From positions 4,608,001 to 4,672,000 of the forward strand of contig OZ244587.1 of the NCBI GenBank assembly GCA_965218095.1: DNA of 64,000 nucleotides, read 5' to 3'. Every line of letters starts with the position of its first letter. Position 1 is the stretch's first letter. Below, in pieces: positions 31,109 through 39,781 of the stretch. The position numbers and the translations under genes were made by a program. This DNA comes from Candidatus Poribacteria bacterium. GTDB taxonomy: Bacteria > Poribacteria > WGA-4E > PCPOR2b. The notes under the pieces were generated by a model, which was given only the letters and a program-made list of their open reading frames with translations, was not told the origin of the DNA and did no database searches.

Positions 31109-32602
31109 CTAAGGCGTAAAGGCGCAGCGAAAGCCAATGCCGGAGTTCGTGGTCGTGGGAGCGCGCCCGCCCCGTCTCAGCACGCTCACCTGATCGCCGA
31201 GGGTGCTGAAAAACGCCCCGCCGCGCGTCACACGCCGCGTGTCAACATTTGTGAAATCATCATTCACAAAAGCAACCGGGCCGCCGGCGATTGGGTTGTG
31301 CCTTGGGCTATTTGCGTAGAAGTCCTCCTGATACTCATCCATGCACCACTCGAAGACGTTCCCCGCCATGTCGTGCAAGCCGTAGCCGTTGGGTGGAAAG
31401 CTTCCCACAGGCGCCGTTTGTTCCCACTCATCGTTGCCTTCGACGCCCAGGGTATTGGCGTTACGGACGCGCTCATCCCCCCACGGCAACTTCTTGCCCT
31501 TCAGTTTCCCGCGGGCTGCCTTCTCCCACTCCGCTTCCGTCGGCAGCCGTTTGCCCGACCACTGCGCATACGCGGCGGCGCCGTACCAACTCACTTGAAT
31601 CACCGGATGATCCGCGAACCCCGCCTTCGGGCGGTACTGCCCCCCATCCAATTCTATCAACTCGCTGCCGCCGGCCTCAAGGTTGAACCAGGTCTTGCCA
31701 TCATCCCCCACATGCTTCCCAACCGCATTGAGGAATTTGGCGTACATGGCGTTGGTCACTTCCGTCACGTCAATGTAGAAGTCGTCGAGCTCGACGATGT
31801 GGACCGGGCGTGCGGTGCCGTCGTGGGCTCCATTGAAATGGTCGCCCATCTCAAACTCACCGGCGGGGATTAGCTGCATCGTCGCCCCGTCCGCGTCCCA
31901 GGTGAGCTCCGTCTTCCGCCTGATGGATATCGGCATTGTCTGCTCCGCCGTGACGGGGGGAGAAGTGCTGTTGCGGACCGTGAGCGTGATTGTATATATT
32001 CCTGAAGCGGTGTAGGTGTGTTCAGCGGTGAATTCTGTAGTAAATTCTGTCTGCTCCCCGTCTCCCCAATCCCAACTCACATCTTTAATCTCGCCCTGCG
32101 CCGCTTCGGAAGTACTCGCATCGACTTGGACATGGCCGTTTTCCAATTCTTCAGCATCTGACGCGGTAACCGTGAATCTGGCGAACAGTTTCGGGGCGTC
32201 TTTAACCGTGATAGACACACGGTTTTCCCCATCGATTAAAAGATTAACTGTCCCCTTCCCTTCAAACAAAACAACCCCGTCCTGTAAGATTTGGACCGTG
32301 ACGAACCGATCATCACCGGAGAGAATGTCTCTGACCGTGACTTCATGCGTTTGATTACTCCCCGCTTGGATAGTGAGATTTTGGTTTGTCGTGATGGGTT
32401 CATCAATGCCTGGCCCGGCAATCGTAATCGCTGCGACGTACTCCCCGTCCGCTGTGACGTTTGAAAAATTCATCACGATTTTTGCAGAAGTTGGGGTGGC
32501 TTCCTCCTCCTCTTCCCCACAACCGGATAAAAAGAGGGTGAAGCCAATCAACGGAAGTGTGATGAAACTTAAGAACTTTGTGATGAACTGTTGTGCAACC
32601 AT
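31109..32602 (-). CDS. Lipoprotein: Ig-like + PKD + FGE-sulfatase (C-type-lectin-fold) domain, copy 1
   Basis: LSGC lipobox, WDWGDG..H.Y...G.Y.ITLTV PKD motif, F.MG, EVTN..Y, RLPTEAEWEKAARG, NGYGL.DM.GNV.EW, RGG..GFRC; start MVAQQ after AAGGAG. Confidence 0.93.
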   Translation of the reverse strand: MVAQQFITKFLSFITLPLIGFTLFLSGCGEEEEEATPTSAKIVMNFSNVTADGEYVAAITIAGPGIDEPITTNQNLTIQAGSNQTHEVTVRDILSGDDRFVTVQILQDGVVLFEGKGTVNLLIDGENRVSITVKDAPKLFARFTVTASDAEELENGHVQVDASTSEAAQGEIKDVSWDWGDGEQTEFTTEFTAEHTYTASGIYTITLTVRNSTSPPVTAEQTMPISIRRKTELTWDADGATMQLIPAGEFEMGDHFNGAHDGTARPVHIVELDDFYIDVTEVTNAMYAKFLNAVGKHVGDDGKTWFNLEAGGSELIELDGGQYRPKAGFADHPVIQVSWYGAAAYAQWSGKRLPTEAEWEKAARGKLKGKKLPWGDERVRNANTLGVEGNDEWEQTAPVGSFPPNGYGLHDMAGNVFEWCMDEYQEDFYANSPRHNPIAGGPVAFVNDDFTNVDTRRVTRGGAFFSTLGDQVSVLRRGGRAPTTTNSGIGFRCAFTP

Positions 32603-32756
32603 TGTTTTCTCCTTTTTATCATCAGAAGTGAATGCCACGGACTTAAGCGGAATAATGCCGCTATCACCGCATTTACCTGCCATTGCCTGCCTGTGCGGTG
32701 CACGCAGACAGGCAATGGCAGATAGGCCGCGATTGTGTGATAAGGGAGTAAAGGAA

Positions 32757-34265
32757 TTAAGGTGTAAAGGCGCAACGAAAACCAAGGCCGGCGATCGAGC
32801 GCGTTGGAGCGGTACTATTCCGCACATACACGCGCAGTTCGTGGGCGTGGTTGTTGAAATACGAACCGCCGCGAAAGACGCGACGCGTGTCAACATTTGC
32901 GAAATCATCATTCACAAAAGCAACCGGGACGCCGGCGATTGGGTTGTGCCTTGGGCTATTTGCGTAGAAGCCTTCATCCCACTCATCCATGCACCACTCC
33001 GAGACGTTCCCAACCACATCGTGCACGCCGTAGCCGTTGGCTGGAAAGCTCCCCACAGGCGCCGTTTGTTCCCACTCATCGTCGCCCTCGACGCCTGCAT
33101 TCATGCCTCCATAATTGGCGTCATCATGGGTGAGTTCATCCCCCCACGGAAATGGCTTGCCCTTTAGTTTCCCGCGGGCTGCCTTCTCCCACTCCGCTTC
33201 CGTCGGCAGCCGTTTGCCCGACCACTGCGCATACGCGCCGGCGCCGTACCAACTCACTTGAACCACCGGATGATCCGCGAACCCCGCCTTCGGGCGGTAC
33301 TGCCCCCCATCCAATTCTATCAACTCGCTGCCGCCGGCCTCAAGGTTCAACCATATCTTGCCATCATCCCCCACATGCTTCCCAACCGCATTGAGGAATT
33401 TGGCGTACATGGCATTGGTCACCTCCATTGCGTCGATGTAGAAGTCGTCAAGTTCGACGATGTGGACCGGGCGTGCGTTTGCGTCGTGGACTCCATCGAA
33501 ATGGTCGCCCATCTCAAACGCACCGGCGGGGATCAGCCGCATCGTCGCCCCATCCGCGTCCCAGGTGAGCTCCGCCTTCCGCGCGACGGATATCGTGTTT
33601 GTCTGCTCCGCCGTGACGGGAACAGGGTCATCGTTTCGGACAGTGAGCGTGATTGTAAATTTTCCTGAAGCGGTGTAGGTATGTTCAGCGGTGAGTTCTG
33701 TAGTAAATTCTGTCTGCTCCCCGTCTCCCCAATCCCAACCCACATCTTTAATCTCGCCCCGCGCCGCTTCGGAAGTACTCGCATCGACTTGGACATGGCC
33801 GTTTTCCAATTCTTCAGCATCTGACGCAGTAACCGTGAATCTAGCGAACAGTTTCGGGGCGTCTTTAACCGTGATAGACACACGGTTTGCCCCTTCGATT
33901 AAAAGATTAGCTATCCCGTTCCCTTCAAACAAAACAACCCCGTCCTGTAAGATTTGGACCGTGACGAACCGATCATCACCGGAGAGAATATCTCTGACCG
34001 TGACTTCATGCGTTTGATCGCCCCCCGGTTGGATAGTGAGATTCTTGTTTGACGTGATGGGTTCAGCAATGCCTGGCCCGGCAATCGTAATCGTTGCGAC
34101 GTACTCCCCCTGCGCCGTGACGTTTGAAAAATTCATCACGATTTTTGCAGAAGTTGGGGTGGCTTCCTCCTCCTCTTCCCCACAACCGGATAAAAAGAGG
34201 GTGAAGCCAATCAACGGAAGTGTGATGAAACTTAAGAACTTTGTGATGAACTGTTGTGCAACCAT
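32757..34265 (-). CDS. Lipoprotein: Ig-like + PKD + FGE-sulfatase domain, copy 2
   Basis: Near-identical to copies 1 and 3; start MVAQQ at 34265. Confidence 0.93.
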   Translation of the reverse strand: MVAQQFITKFLSFITLPLIGFTLFLSGCGEEEEEATPTSAKIVMNFSNVTAQGEYVATITIAGPGIAEPITSNKNLTIQPGGDQTHEVTVRDILSGDDRFVTVQILQDGVVLFEGNGIANLLIEGANRVSITVKDAPKLFARFTVTASDAEELENGHVQVDASTSEAARGEIKDVGWDWGDGEQTEFTTELTAEHTYTASGKFTITLTVRNDDPVPVTAEQTNTISVARKAELTWDADGATMRLIPAGAFEMGDHFDGVHDANARPVHIVELDDFYIDAMEVTNAMYAKFLNAVGKHVGDDGKIWLNLEAGGSELIELDGGQYRPKAGFADHPVVQVSWYGAGAYAQWSGKRLPTEAEWEKAARGKLKGKPFPWGDELTHDDANYGGMNAGVEGDDEWEQTAPVGSFPANGYGVHDVVGNVSEWCMDEWDEGFYANSPRHNPIAGVPVAFVNDDFANVDTRRVFRGGSYFNNHAHELRVYVRNSTAPTRSIAGLGFRCAFTP

Positions 34266-34392
34266 TGTTTTCTCCTTTTTATCATCAGAAGTGAATGCCA
34301 CGGACTTAAGCGGAATAATGCCGCTATCACTGTATTTACCTGCCTGTGCAACAGCATACAGGCCGCGATTGTGTGACAGGGGGGTAAAGGAA

Positions 34393-35892
34393 TTAACGTG
34401 TAACGGCGCAGCGAAAACTAGTGCCGGAGGTCGTGCGCGTGGGAGCGGTACTATTCCGCACATAACAGGTCAGGTTCAACGCTGGGTGGGCGTTGAACCA
34501 CGCCCCGCCGCGAAAGACGCGACGCGTGTCAACATTTGCGAAATCATCATTCACAAAAGCAACCGGGACGCCGGCAATTGGGTTGTGCCTTGGGCTATTT
34601 GCGTAGAAGCCTTCATCCCACTCATCCATGCACCACTCCGAGACGTTCCCCGCCATGTCGTGCAAGCCGTAGCCGTTGGCTGGAAAGCTCCCCACAGGCG
34701 CCGTTTGTTCCCACTCATCGTCGCCTTCGACACCGGCATAATTGGCGTCATCATGGGTAACATCATCTCCCCACGGAAACTTCTTGCCCTCAAGTTCCCC
34801 GCGGGCTGCCTTCTCCCACTCCGCTTCCGTCGGCAACCGTTTGCCCGCCCACTGTGCATACGCGCCGGCGCCGTACCAACTCACTTGAACCACCGGATGA
34901 TCCGCGAACCCCGCCTTCGGGCGGTACTGCCCCTCAACCAATTCTATCAACTCGCTGCCGCCGGCCTCAAGGTTGAACCATATCTTGCCATCATCCCCCA
35001 CATGCTTCCCAACCACATTGAGGAATTTGGCGTACATGGCATTGGTCACCTCCATTGCGTCGATGTAGAAGTCGTCAAGTTCGACGATGTGGACCGGGCG
35101 TGCGTTTGCGTCGTGGACTCCATCGAAATGGTCGCCCATCTCAAACGCACCGGCGGGGATCAGCCGCATCGTCGCCCCATCCGCGTCCCAGGTGAGCTCC
35201 GCCTTCCGCTTGACGAGTATCGTGTTTGTCTGCTCCGCCGTGACGGGAACAGGGTCATCGTTTCGGACAGTGAGCGTGATTGTATATAATCCTGCACCGG
35301 TGTAGGTATGTTCAGCGGTGAATTCTGTAGTAAATTCTGTCTGCTCCCCGTCTCCCCAATCCCAACTCCCATCTTTAATCTCGCCCCGCGTCGCTTCGGA
35401 AGCACTCGCATCAACTTGGACATAGCCGTTTTCCAATTCTTCAGCATCTGACGCAGTAACCGTGAATCTAGCGAACAGCTTCGGGGCGTCTTTAACCGTG
35501 ATAGGCACGCGGTTTGCCCCTTCGATTGAAAGGTTAACTGTCCCCTTCCCTTCAAACAAAACAACCCCGTCCTGTAAGATTTGGACCGTGACGAACCGAT
35601 CATCACCGGAGAGAATGTCTCTGACCGTGACTTCATGCGTTTGATCGCCCCCCGGTTGGATAGTGAGATTCTTGTTTGACGTGATGGGTTCGTCAATGCC
35701 TGGCCCGGCAATCGTAATCGTTGCGACGTACTCCCCCTGCGCCGTGACGTTTGAAAAATTCATCACGATTTTTGCAGAAGTTGGGGTGGCTTCCTCCTCC
35801 TCTTCCCCACAACCGGATAAAAAGAGGGTGAAGCCAATCAACGGAAGTATGATGAAACTTAAGAACTTTGTGATGAACTGTTGTGTAGTCAT
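34393..35892 (-). CDS. Lipoprotein: Ig-like + PKD + FGE-sulfatase domain, copy 3
   Basis: Near-identical to copies 1 and 2; AAGGAG RBS. Confidence 0.93.
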   Translation of the reverse strand: MTTQQFITKFLSFIILPLIGFTLFLSGCGEEEEEATPTSAKIVMNFSNVTAQGEYVATITIAGPGIDEPITSNKNLTIQPGGDQTHEVTVRDILSGDDRFVTVQILQDGVVLFEGKGTVNLSIEGANRVPITVKDAPKLFARFTVTASDAEELENGYVQVDASASEATRGEIKDGSWDWGDGEQTEFTTEFTAEHTYTGAGLYTITLTVRNDDPVPVTAEQTNTILVKRKAELTWDADGATMRLIPAGAFEMGDHFDGVHDANARPVHIVELDDFYIDAMEVTNAMYAKFLNVVGKHVGDDGKIWFNLEAGGSELIELVEGQYRPKAGFADHPVVQVSWYGAGAYAQWAGKRLPTEAEWEKAARGELEGKKFPWGDDVTHDDANYAGVEGDDEWEQTAPVGSFPANGYGLHDMAGNVSEWCMDEWDEGFYANSPRHNPIAGVPVAFVNDDFANVDTRRVFRGGAWFNAHPALNLTCYVRNSTAPTRTTSGTSFRCAVTR

Positions 35893-35929
35893 TGTTTTCT
35901 CCTTTTTAATGTGACTTTGTTACATTCGT

Positions 35930-35954
35930 CCCCCGGCCCCCAATTCTGGGGGAG
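35930..35954. repeat. Dispersed CCCCCGGCCCCCAATTCTGGGGGAG repeat family (related copies near 37432, 47715 and, inverted, 53511)
   Basis: The GGCCCCCAATTC core is seen at four intergenic sites. Confidence 0.75.
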
Positions 35955-36053
35955 GATTCCCGTCCGCCGATGAATCAGCGGGCTACAGGGCTGCGTCCGA
36001 TAAATCGGACTGAGAAGATCTGTCATAGTATACAGCATGTTGGCGTAAGTTCT

Positions 36054-36128
36054 TGACCCCCTCTAACTCCCCCTGCAAGGGGGAGAACCGATTTCTCCTC
36101 CCCTCGTAGGGGAGGCCGGGAGGGGTCA
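36054..36128. repeat. GC-rich double-hairpin intergenic repeat
   Basis: TGACCCC...CTCCCCC/GGGGGAG...CCTCCCCT/AGGGGAGG...GGGGTCA. Confidence 0.65.
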
Positions 36129-36196
36129 GATACTTCTGCCGACGTGTAATACGGACTTGTGAAACGCACCACTAAGCGTCAATTTGAACAACGATG

Positions 36197-36230
36197 AAAA
36201 AAAAAGCCCGCATCGCTGAAGGATACGGGC
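36197..36230 (-). terminator. Rho-independent terminator after the LamG gene
   Basis: Minus strand reads GCCCGTATC-loop-GATGCGGGC followed by T9. Confidence 0.8.
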
Positions 36231-36317
36231 AGATTAAACCAGTTAGAGCGTGTTGCCATCTGCCCCAACTATGTGTCTCACATTCCTAGAAAATGAACCA
36301 TCCCAATTGTCGTAAAG

Positions 36318-37229
36318 CTAATACTGTGTTTTCACACGGCCCCAGGTTGTTGTGACTTTTTTCTTGCCAGGATCAACTGCAAAGGGGTGCTGAAAGTTTG
36401 AGTCAGCCTGCTTCGCATCCATCGTAAAGTCATAAATCCGGACAAGATGGACTGAGCCGTTCATGTTCCGATGCTCTTCACCAAGAACCTGGCAAAATAT
36501 GGCGTTAAAGTTCATATCGGCGCCTTTGTCGAAGTCCTGCTCCGGAAAGCCGAGGTTACCGATAAACTCGCCATCCAGGTACTGTTTAACTTGCTTCTTC
36601 GCATCATCGTAAGTGTATATGATGTGGACCCACCTGGTTCCGACCGTCAGGCCGACATCGTGGTGATTCTTCCGTTTGTCGTATACGGTATTAGCCCCCA
36701 GGAGGTAGATCCAGACGTCATCCACATCCGGTCCAAATATCCAGTTTGTAAAGCCAATCATAATCCACTGGGCTCCGGTGGCAAAAGCTTTGCCATCTTT
36801 CGTGGAATGAAAGCCCATTACTTGATGCTCTGCACCTTTCATGGGGCCGTTGCGTTTCATGATGACCTCGAAGCTCCAGTTCTCCAGATGTAGGTTCGGA
36901 GTGAAGCCGGCTGGGGCGGCAAACATCTGGTTTATATCGGTAGTTTTGAACGCTGTCGGCGCCGGACCTCCTGGTTCGTAAAACTCTTCCCCTTTTTCAA
37001 GTTTCGGAGTTCCCTTTCCCAAGTCTGCTCCACCGGGAATTTCGTCCCCGGCCGTGCCGATGTTCTGCCAGGCGCCGTTTTTGAACTGCGCTTCGCCAGC
37101 GAGCATCAAGAGCTGGGGCTCCTCTGGGATTATACCTTGCACTATCGAACCGCTCATGGCAAAGAGAAACACGCCAAGAATGGCAACTCCTTTTATGTGA
37201 TGGTGATTGAATTGATTCAAGCGTAACAT
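36318..37229 (-). CDS. Exported LamG/concanavalin-A-like protein with C-terminal WG-K motif
   Basis: Signal-like N-terminus, W.HI..TYD, YLDG, NGS...VR.YD; ends AVDPGKKKVTTTWGRVKTQY; start after GGAGG. Confidence 0.85.
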   Translation of the reverse strand: MLRLNQFNHHHIKGVAILGVFLFAMSGSIVQGIIPEEPQLLMLAGEAQFKNGAWQNIGTAGDEIPGGADLGKGTPKLEKGEEFYEPGGPAPTAFKTTDINQMFAAPAGFTPNLHLENWSFEVIMKRNGPMKGAEHQVMGFHSTKDGKAFATGAQWIMIGFTNWIFGPDVDDVWIYLLGANTVYDKRKNHHDVGLTVGTRWVHIIYTYDDAKKQVKQYLDGEFIGNLGFPEQDFDKGADMNFNAIFCQVLGEEHRNMNGSVHLVRIYDFTMDAKQADSNFQHPFAVDPGKKKVTTTWGRVKTQY

Positions 37230-37288
37230 ATTAATACCTCCGTAATGAAATTCGCAACAACTTCTGTTGCAGGTTAGTTGAAGCTTCG

Positions 37289-37333
37289 TCATAAATGTCG
37301 TGTTCAGGCGTGGCCTGAACACGACATTTATGA
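37289..37333. repeat. Perfect 21-bp hairpin in the leader of the LamG gene
   Basis: TCATAAATGTCGTGTTCAGGC-GTG-GCCTGAACACGACATTTATGA. Confidence 0.9.
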
Positions 37334-37385
37334 TCAACCTCAGTTAGTTCGTTGGAATGGTTCATTTTTCAGGAAGGGTTAAAAG

Positions 37386-37414
37386 ATTATACCCGATAAA
37401 TCTACTTTTGTCAA
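37386..37414 (-). promoter_or_regulatory. Consensus sigma70 promoter for LamG gene 36318-37229
   Basis: Minus strand TTGACA-17 bp-TATAAT. Confidence 0.8.
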
Positions 37415-37640
37415 TCAATATTAAACCAACGCCCCCCGGCCCCCAATTCCCCGATGGATCGGGGCAGGCTTCAGGAGTTTTTGCAATTCTCCCCTTCCCC
37501 CCAAAGTTGGGGGGATTGAGGTCTCGGACTCTCGGTCGAAGACCGGAGGGGGCGGGGACCGCCGGACAAGCCGAAGATCCCGACCTAAGGTCGAGGGGGC
37601 ACGGAGAATTAAATGCCCCTAGTCAATATTAGATCTGGAG

Positions 37641-38525
37641 TTAATAGCCCCGTTTCACACGGCCCCAGGTGGTTGTGAGTTTATCAGCAGGTTCAACAGC
37701 CAATGAAGCTATGAAGTTGTTGCGAACCCCACCTGCGCCAAGATCCTCGTCATACACCCGGACGATGGTGATTGAACCGTTGAAGGTCGAATTTACGAAG
37801 TTCTGGTCGCCCGGTTGTGCAACGAGGACAAAGTTCTGCCCCATGGCCGTGCCTTTGTTGAATTTTTCCACTTTGCGCGCTTGGTCCGCCTTGCCATCTA
37901 TGTAGGACTGGACGGTTTTACCGTCGTGGGTGAGCACTACTTGGTGCCAGTCTCCTGTTCTGATACCTTCATCGGTTTTGAGAGTGACAGCTTTCTTACC
38001 TTTAGGTTTGATCTCGGCTATGATCTGTCCCTTTGCCCCCTTGTCTACGAGCATGCGAATATACTGCCACTCCTTATTGGCTTCCGCTGCCTCGAGGTTG
38101 GGATCACCCCCTTCAACGAAGCCGAAGAAGAGAATTCCGTTCTCCTCTGCGCCTTTGAACGCTTCGCCGTTGCGCCTCAACCAGACCTCGACGGTCCAAT
38201 TCCCCAGCTTTATCTCCGGCGCTGTGCCTCGCTTCCCGCCGAAGGAACTTTCCGGCGCCGAGGCGGTGAAGTGTGCCGGGTTTTTGCCTTCTGCCGCGGA
38301 AAATTTTGGCGGAGGTGGGAAGACATGCCCCCCAATGCGGCCAGCGTCTAGATTCAGGGGAAAGACGCCGCCCGCGGCGCCAAGGTTCCTCCACGACAAT
38401 TTAGCGGTGTCTGCAGCGTTAAGATCGATTAGAGCGCCTTCCTTAACATCTTGACCGAATGCCACTGGACTAACCATTGCCAAGACAAACGCCACGCTCA
38501 GAATTGCAATTAGTTGACGTCTCAT
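37641..38525 (-). CDS. Exported LamG-like protein with C-terminal WG-K motif
   Basis: Signal peptide MRRQLIAIL...AFG, WTVEVW, WHQVV.T.DG, YIDG, FNGSI..VRVYD; ends AVEPADKLTTTWGRVKRGY. Confidence 0.88.
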   Translation of the reverse strand: MRRQLIAILSVAFVLAMVSPVAFGQDVKEGALIDLNAADTAKLSWRNLGAAGGVFPLNLDAGRIGGHVFPPPPKFSAAEGKNPAHFTASAPESSFGGKRGTAPEIKLGNWTVEVWLRRNGEAFKGAEENGILFFGFVEGGDPNLEAAEANKEWQYIRMLVDKGAKGQIIAEIKPKGKKAVTLKTDEGIRTGDWHQVVLTHDGKTVQSYIDGKADQARKVEKFNKGTAMGQNFVLVAQPGDQNFVNSTFNGSITIVRVYDEDLGAGGVRNNFIASLAVEPADKLTTTWGRVKRGY

Positions 38526-38587
38526 TTTATATCTTCCTGTACTGCTTATTTTACAGAGCACTACCTTTATCAATATTAGATCTGGAG

Positions 38588-39481
38588 TTAATAGCCCTGT
38601 TTCACACGGCCCCAGGTGGTTGTGAGTTTATCAGCAGGTTCAACAGCCAATGAAGCTATGAAGTTGTTGCGAACCCCACCTGCGCCAAGATCCTCGCCAT
38701 ACACCCGGACGATGGCGAGTGAACCGTTGAAGCTCGACTTTACGAAGTCATGGTCGCCCGGTTGTGCAACGAAGACAAAGTTCTGACCCATCTTCGCGGC
38801 TTTGTCCCATCCTTCCACTTTGCTCGCTTGGTCCGCCTTGCTATCTATGTAGGACTGGACGGTTTTACCGTCGTAGGTGAGCGCTACCTGGTGCCAGTCT
38901 CCTGTTCCGATACCTTCATCGGTTTTGAGAGTGACAGCTTTCTTACCTTTAGGTTTGATCTCGGCTATGATCTGCCCCTTCGCCCCCTTGTCTACGAGCA
39001 TGCGAATATACTGTATGTCGTTAGCCATCGCTTCCTTGACAATGTCGCCAGCGTTGTGTAGATCTTCGGGGATGAAGCCGAAGAAGACAAACCCGTTCTC
39101 CTCTGCGGGTTCGACCATTTCGCCGTTGCGCCTCAACCAGACCTCGACGGTCCAATTCCCCAGCATTATCTCCGGCGCTGTGCCTCGCTTCCCGCCGAAG
39201 GAACTTTCCGGCACCGAGGCGGTAAAGTGTGCCGGGTTTTTGCCTTCTGCCGCGGAAAATTTTGGCGGAGGTGGGAAGATATGCCCCCCAATGCGGCCAG
39301 CGTCTAGATTCAGGGGAAAGACGCCGCCCGCGGCGCCAAGGTTCCTCCACGACAATTTAGCAGTGTCTGTAGCGTTAAGATCGATTAGAGCGCCTTCCTT
39401 AACACCTTGACCGAATGCCACTGGACTAACCATCGCCAAGACAAACGCCGCGCTCAGAATTGCAATTAGTTGACGTCTCAT
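38588..39481 (-). CDS. Exported LamG-like protein, tandem near-duplicate of 37641-38525
   Basis: Same architecture; ends AVEPADKLTTTWGRVKQGY; the 3' flank TCAATATTAGATCTGGAG is duplicated too. Confidence 0.88.
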   Translation of the reverse strand: MRRQLIAILSAAFVLAMVSPVAFGQGVKEGALIDLNATDTAKLSWRNLGAAGGVFPLNLDAGRIGGHIFPPPPKFSAAEGKNPAHFTASVPESSFGGKRGTAPEIMLGNWTVEVWLRRNGEMVEPAEENGFVFFGFIPEDLHNAGDIVKEAMANDIQYIRMLVDKGAKGQIIAEIKPKGKKAVTLKTDEGIGTGDWHQVALTYDGKTVQSYIDSKADQASKVEGWDKAAKMGQNFVFVAQPGDHDFVKSSFNGSLAIVRVYGEDLGAGGVRNNFIASLAVEPADKLTTTWGRVKQGY

Positions 39482-39625
39482 TTTATACTCTCCTATACTG
39501 TCTGGCAAAAAATTGCCATCATATACGTCACTCATGTTCAATATCTTTTTTGCTTAGATTATGAGCGACAACACCTTCACTTGACACTTGAGGTACAATC
39601 CATCATATAGAATGATTAACTAACT

Positions 39626-39654
39626 ATTCTATCACAATCCCAAATTCTTGTCAA
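39626..39654 (-). promoter_or_regulatory. Sigma70-type promoter for the LamG duplicate pair
   Basis: Minus strand TTGACA-17 bp-TAGAAT. Confidence 0.65.
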
Positions 39655-39781
39655 CCCTTTTTTCCATTCTCCGAGGGCTATTTATCTCCGAGGGCTATTT
39701 AATTTTCGATATTCGATGATACCAGGGTGGGGCGGTACTCCACCTTGGAAAGGTTACGATTTATCTGGACTTTGCGTAAAG

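Noticed and set aside
25962-34463. N-terminal extensions in the ORF track (25962, 31063, 32911, 34463)
   Set aside because: They run through REP/palindromic elements or the previous gene; RBS and signal peptides point to downstream starts.
21604-35289. Long antisense ORFs (21604-22785, 31103-31873, 32373-33167, 34036-35289)
   Set aside because: They are shadows of valS and the FGE genes on the opposite strand and show no recognisable motifs.
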